A stretch of DNA of 64,000 bases, taken from positions 26,598,001-26,662,000 of the forward strand of contig OZ024763.1 of NCBI GenBank assembly GCA_964016885.1, written 5' to 3'. This document shows positions 59,871 through 64,000 of this stretch, piece by piece. The first letter of the stretch is position 1, and the number at the start of each line of letters is the position of its first letter. The notes under the pieces are model-generated. The model worked only from the letters and a program-made list of their open reading frames with translations, was not told the origin of the DNA and searched no databases. The stretch comes from Eledone cirrhosa. Its lineage: Eukaryota. The position numbers and the translations under genes were made by a program.

Positions 59871-61628
59871 TTGGTTGGTTCCCCAGATGTGTGTGACAGC
59901 ACGGAGGACCTCCTCAGCAGAATCGGCGCGGGTAACCGATCTGGGGACCTAACAAACTGCATAATAGGCAGTATGGATGTTGTGTCCCTGTATCCATCTA
60001 TTGACGTGGATTTTGCTGTGGAGAAATGCGTAGAAATGATCAGCGAGAGCAAGGTTGAGTTCCGTGGGATTGATACCAGTGAGCTGGGACTTCTACTTAA
60101 GCTTACCCATAGTAATAGTTACCTAGACACTTATGACCTTAGCAACCTGTGCCCTACAAGACCAGCAAGAGGCAGACCACCTACCATTACCTCAATGGCC
60201 AAGAAAACCCACACAGATAGATGGAACGGGTGGACCAGAGCCATACGGACACCCGAAAACCACGATGAACTGAAGAAAATGATTGCACATGCGGTAGGGG
60301 CCAGCATAAAATTAACCCTTAAGGAACATGTGTTCAAATTTAATGGTAAAACATATGCCCAAGAGGAAGGAGCAGCCATTGGTGTTAGCATTGCAGGCGA
60401 CATAGCTAACTTATTCATGGTATGGTGGGACAGTAGACTTAAACAAAAACTTAATGAACAATTAGAAGACAGCTTAACCCTGATAATGTACTCCCGCTAC
60501 GTAGATGATATAAACATCGTAGTTAAGACACCCCCACTAAAGAACAGTCAGGAACTAGAGAAAAACACAAAGGAAAGCATCCAGCAAATAGCAAACTCCA
60601 TCCACCAGAGCATTAGAGTTACTATAGACTACCCAAGTAGACACCCCAACCATCGATTACCTGTACTAGACACAGAGCTCTGGTTAGATACCATTAACAA
60701 CCAAAAACAAATCCTCCATTCCCATTATGCCAAACCCATGACTTCCAAACATCTGATCCACCGAAACTCGGCCATTTCGGACCATACCAAAATCAACATA
60801 CTGATTGCGGATTTGGTACGGGTGATGAGAAATGTGTCCCGCATGTGCAACCCCGAAGAACTAGAGAGACACATACAACACTTCATCCACCGTATGCAGT
60901 TCTCTGGCTACAATCAGAGAGATAGAATCAGAGTGTATAAAGGAGCCAGAACCAAATGGGAAAAAATGGTAAATAATGACATAAATGGGACCTGCCCCTT
61001 GTATAGGAGCAAATTTTGGAATAGAATAGAAAGAACTAGGAACAAGGCCAATAGAATAAACTCATGGTATGATAGCAATAAATACCAGAGTGTAATGTTC
61101 ATCAATACAACCCCTAGAGGCGAACTAGCCTACAAATTTAGAAGGGCCCTAAATAAACATAATCTCAATATTAAGATAGTAGAAAGACCTGGTACCTCCG
61201 TAAAAACACTTATTAGCAAGACATACCCGTTCCAAAGACCCTCATGTATAGATAAGAAATGTATAACCTGTAAAATAAGCCCCCATATTAACTGTAAAAC
61301 TAGAAATGTAGTGTATAGCATAAGATGTACTGAAGGACAATGTAGAAACAAAACTATAGTGTACATAGGTGAGACAGCTCGTAGTATAGGGGAACGAATA
61401 AATGAACACTGGCGAGACCTCCAATATAATAAAGAATCATCTGTGCTCTACCAACATGCTAAGATAGAACACAGGGGTAGATTAGAGAGCATAGAAATAA
61501 AAATAGAATCCACACACAGAAAAGACGCAATGTTTAGGCAAATTACAGAGGCAGTAAGCATAAAAGAATTAAAACCAAAATTAAATAGAAAATATGAGTG
61601 GAACAGCAACATCACAACTTACAATTAA
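59871..61628 (+). CDS. Penelope-like reverse transcriptase + GIY-YIG endonuclease (N-terminally truncated; probably Naiad-type)
   Basis: RT motifs GSMDVVSLYPSI, QEEGAAIGVSIAGDIANLFM, YSRYVDDI, LPVLD; linker CIDKKCITC; GIY-YIG NVVYSIRC..VYIGETARSIGERINEH..ITEAVSI..LN. The first 4 codons come from the inverted arm, so element-derived coding starts near 59883. Confidence 0.93.
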   Translation: MVGSPDVCDSTEDLLSRIGAGNRSGDLTNCIIGSMDVVSLYPSIDVDFAVEKCVEMISESKVEFRGIDTSELGLLLKLTHSNSYLDTYDLSNLCPTRPARGRPPTITSMAKKTHTDRWNGWTRAIRTPENHDELKKMIAHAVGASIKLTLKEHVFKFNGKTYAQEEGAAIGVSIAGDIANLFMVWWDSRLKQKLNEQLEDSLTLIMYSRYVDDINIVVKTPPLKNSQELEKNTKESIQQIANSIHQSIRVTIDYPSRHPNHRLPVLDTELWLDTINNQKQILHSHYAKPMTSKHLIHRNSAISDHTKINILIADLVRVMRNVSRMCNPEELERHIQHFIHRMQFSGYNQRDRIRVYKGARTKWEKMVNNDINGTCPLYRSKFWNRIERTRNKANRINSWYDSNKYQSVMFINTTPRGELAYKFRRALNKHNLNIKIVERPGTSVKTLISKTYPFQRPSCIDKKCITCKISPHINCKTRNVVYSIRCTEGQCRNKTIVYIGETARSIGERINEHWRDLQYNKESSVLYQHAKIEHRGRLESIEIKIESTHRKDAMFRQITEAVSIKELKPKLNRKYEWNSNITTYN

Positions 61629-61860
61629 GGACAAAATGAAAACACACACAGGACAAAATGAAATCACACACACACATAGAACAAACAACCAACCAACAAT
61701 AAATAAATAAATAAATAAACAAATAGAAAAATGAACACAAACACACACAGACACCCGGATGTGGCGCATGCGCAAACTGAGCACACAACACACACACACA
61801 GAAACAAAATGGCGTAGGATAGAAGAAAGGAAAGGCACAGAAACGAAGAAAGGAATCCCC

Positions 61861-61905
61861 AGTCACTGAAGAGATCACAGAGTGTGTGACGAAAGGACTA
61901 TGACT
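61861..61905 (+). ncRNA. Type I hammerhead ribozyme in the PLE pseudo-LTR
   Basis: AGTCA-CTGAAGA-G a TCACA gagtg TGTGA C-GAAAG GA CT-A-TGACT; predicted cleavage after 61900. Confidence 0.85.
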
Positions 61906-62133
61906 ATATATAAACAACTATCTGGTTGTGGAACCAACCAACCAACCAGAAATTTATAAATTTGTAAATTTGTAAATTTGTAAATTTATAAATTTATAAA
62001 TATATAATAAATTGAAGTGAAAGCAACTGGTGCGTGTGTTTCTTATTGGCAACATGACCCTCCCAAAGTATAACAATATCGGTTTCAACACACGATTTCA
62101 GATAAAGAATCTTGCTAAACAAATTCAGAAACG

Positions 62134-62235
<102 letters not shown>

Positions 62236-62239
62236 TGTC

Positions 62240-62497
62240 TTTAATGCGTTGAAATGTCCGAAACCCCCAGCAGAGAACTGAAGGGGGAACCTGTCCCTTG
62301 TTTGCGCCTGCGTCTCTACGTGTTTGTTTTTGTGTTTGTCACGAGGAGGTCACAGAATGTGTGACGAAAGAACTTTGATAAACAGATGCATAACGAACAA
62401 TAAAGATAAAGAGTGCGGGTCTTTGTTTCTGTTGGTAATATTGGCGACATGACCATCCTCAAATATAACAATATCGGTTTCAACACATGATTTCACA
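62240..62497 (+). mobile_element. Diverged solo pseudo-LTR related to the adjacent PLE
   Basis: Degenerate HHR GTTTGTCA-C(-)GAGGA-GGTCACA gaatg TGTGAC-GAAAGAACT-T-TGATAAAC; TTGGCGACATGACC..TATAACAATATCGGTTTCAACACA shared with 62046-62100; left boundary approximate. Confidence 0.7.
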
Positions 62498-62667
62498 GAC
62501 ACACACACACACATATAGGATAGAGGTAAATTTTACCCGACGCTGTTCTTGACAACATTTTGCTGTCTTAAAAGCTTCTTTGCGTTGAGTTATTCTCCCT
62601 ATTCTACAATTTCTAATATACTCGGGCTTCAAACTCGATATTCGAGATAACTTTGTCTTTATATATA

Positions 62668-63237
62668 CTAACAGAAAAACCACCTTTCGGGTAGTTTTCT
62701 GCTAGCATGTGTAGAGTGTATATTGATGAATGTAGATATGATACGTCAAATAAAATCGTAATTGACAATATACATAGAAATTGAACGAAGACTGCGTTAC
62801 ACTGTCTTATGTAATCAGTAAAGTAATCCATGATACATTAAAAACAGACGATATTATACAAATCCCGTCGAGGTTAACTTTGCCTTTCATCCTTACCGGG
62901 TCGATAAAATAAAGTACCAGTAATGCTAGTAATTGCTGGCCTTGTGCCAAAGGCAGAAACAATTATATATAAACTGCATTATGAGAAAATTAGTGACAGA
63001 AATATATGAATGTCTATTTAAGCGATCGCTAACCGGAAGTGTTGATATTTGAAAATTTTAAAGAAGTGAATCTTAAAATAAGCAACAAAATTATTTATAT
63101 TTAATCAAGCATAACGAAATTTAGTAGATAAATTATGTAATATTCATTCATTATTTATTCAAAGTAATCCAACTTATTTTACAAACGAGTTAAAAAAATA
63201 TATTCTGGACGCAGTCCTTACTTTATTATAGTTTAGA
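62668..63237 (-). mobile_element. Helitron H1 copy with an internal S2 SINE fragment (62859-62964)
   Basis: Homologous to 7109-7608. Confidence 0.8.
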
Positions 63238-63410
63238 TATATGTGTGTGTGTATGTGTGTGTATTCTGTATCTATCCTTTGTGACCCAGTCTCTATTTTT
63301 GTACTCCTAAAGAAGGGCTAAAGCCCGACACGTTGAATTTTCTTTCCGCTTTTCCATATAAAGCGGGAAACTAAGAAGACTTTATGTACCTGTGTTGTCG
63401 TTTCCTTGAA

Positions 63411-63503
<93 letters not shown>

Positions 63504-63610
63504 CATACACTGATCGACGATAACAGCATAAAGCAACCATTTCTCTCCTCAGTATATCATTAAAAGAATGTTCTTTATTATCAATAGTGACTTTCCACGG
63601 CACCACCACC

Positions 63611-63642
<32 letters not shown>

Positions 63643-63884
63643 CATCAGCAGCCAAACCTAATCTCCATATCTAGTTCCTATTATAACCTTTCTCTTCACA
63701 AGCAACAGCTTGTCTTCTATTGAATATCTCACCAGTGTTCCCACCATCACCAGCAGCAGCATCATCATTACCATCATCATCATCACGATCTTCTTCTTCT
63801 TCTTCTTCTTCTTCTTCTTCTTCTTCTTCTTCTTCTTCTTCTTCTTCTTCTTCTTCTTCTTCCATTACGTTTGATCAGTTGATT

Positions 63885-63980
63885 CAGATGAAGTGTTTTG
63901 CTCAAGAACACAACCCAGTCCAGGAATCAAACCCACGACATTAAGGCCGTAAGTCCAACACCCTTACCACTGGAGCAACG
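63885..63980 (-). mobile_element. Diverged tRNA-derived SINE head
   Basis: Reverse complement has CAGTGGTAAGG..GGGTTTGATTCC..TCTTGAGCAAAACACTT. Confidence 0.55.
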
Positions 63981-64000
63981 TGAAAGGAAGTGTTTTACTC

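Noticed and set aside
61629-61860. SECIS element in the PLE 3' region
   Set aside because: No in-frame TGA in the visible ORF and no convincing AUGA/GA stem by eye.

Overview
Repeat-dominated eukaryotic DNA with no host protein-coding gene that I can support. The SINE families and the extreme (TA)n/(CA)n/(GA)n load suggest a cephalopod (octopus-like) genome, which is an inference. Most predicted ORFs are microsatellite artefacts. The only long genuine ORF (59871-61628) is a 5'-truncated Penelope-like retroelement (RT + GIY-YIG, probably Naiad-type). It has a hammerhead ribozyme (HHR) in its 3' pseudo-LTR, a 150-bp inverted terminal segment and (TA)n on both sides. The main hidden signal is in the short islands between (TA)n runs. 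They are not random: they comprise about 10 families of 100-600 bp non-coding mini-elements, mostly fold-backs with the same geometry as the large element (inverted arm + forward arm + 3' tail). About 20 hand-foldable minimal type I HHRs occur in them, including U3-A8 and U4A core variants. Many otherwise unrelated families share an oriented tail motif, RTYGAGTRCY, about 35-85 nt from the (TA)n run. Also present are degraded RTE LINEs, a Tx1-like 3' fragment with a target duplication, a piggyBac-like MITE amplified into a 161-162 bp tandem array, non-autonomous Helitrons, tRNA-derived SINEs and several TE-derived minisatellites. All RNA structures were folded by eye, coordinates were counted by hand and no database searches were run.
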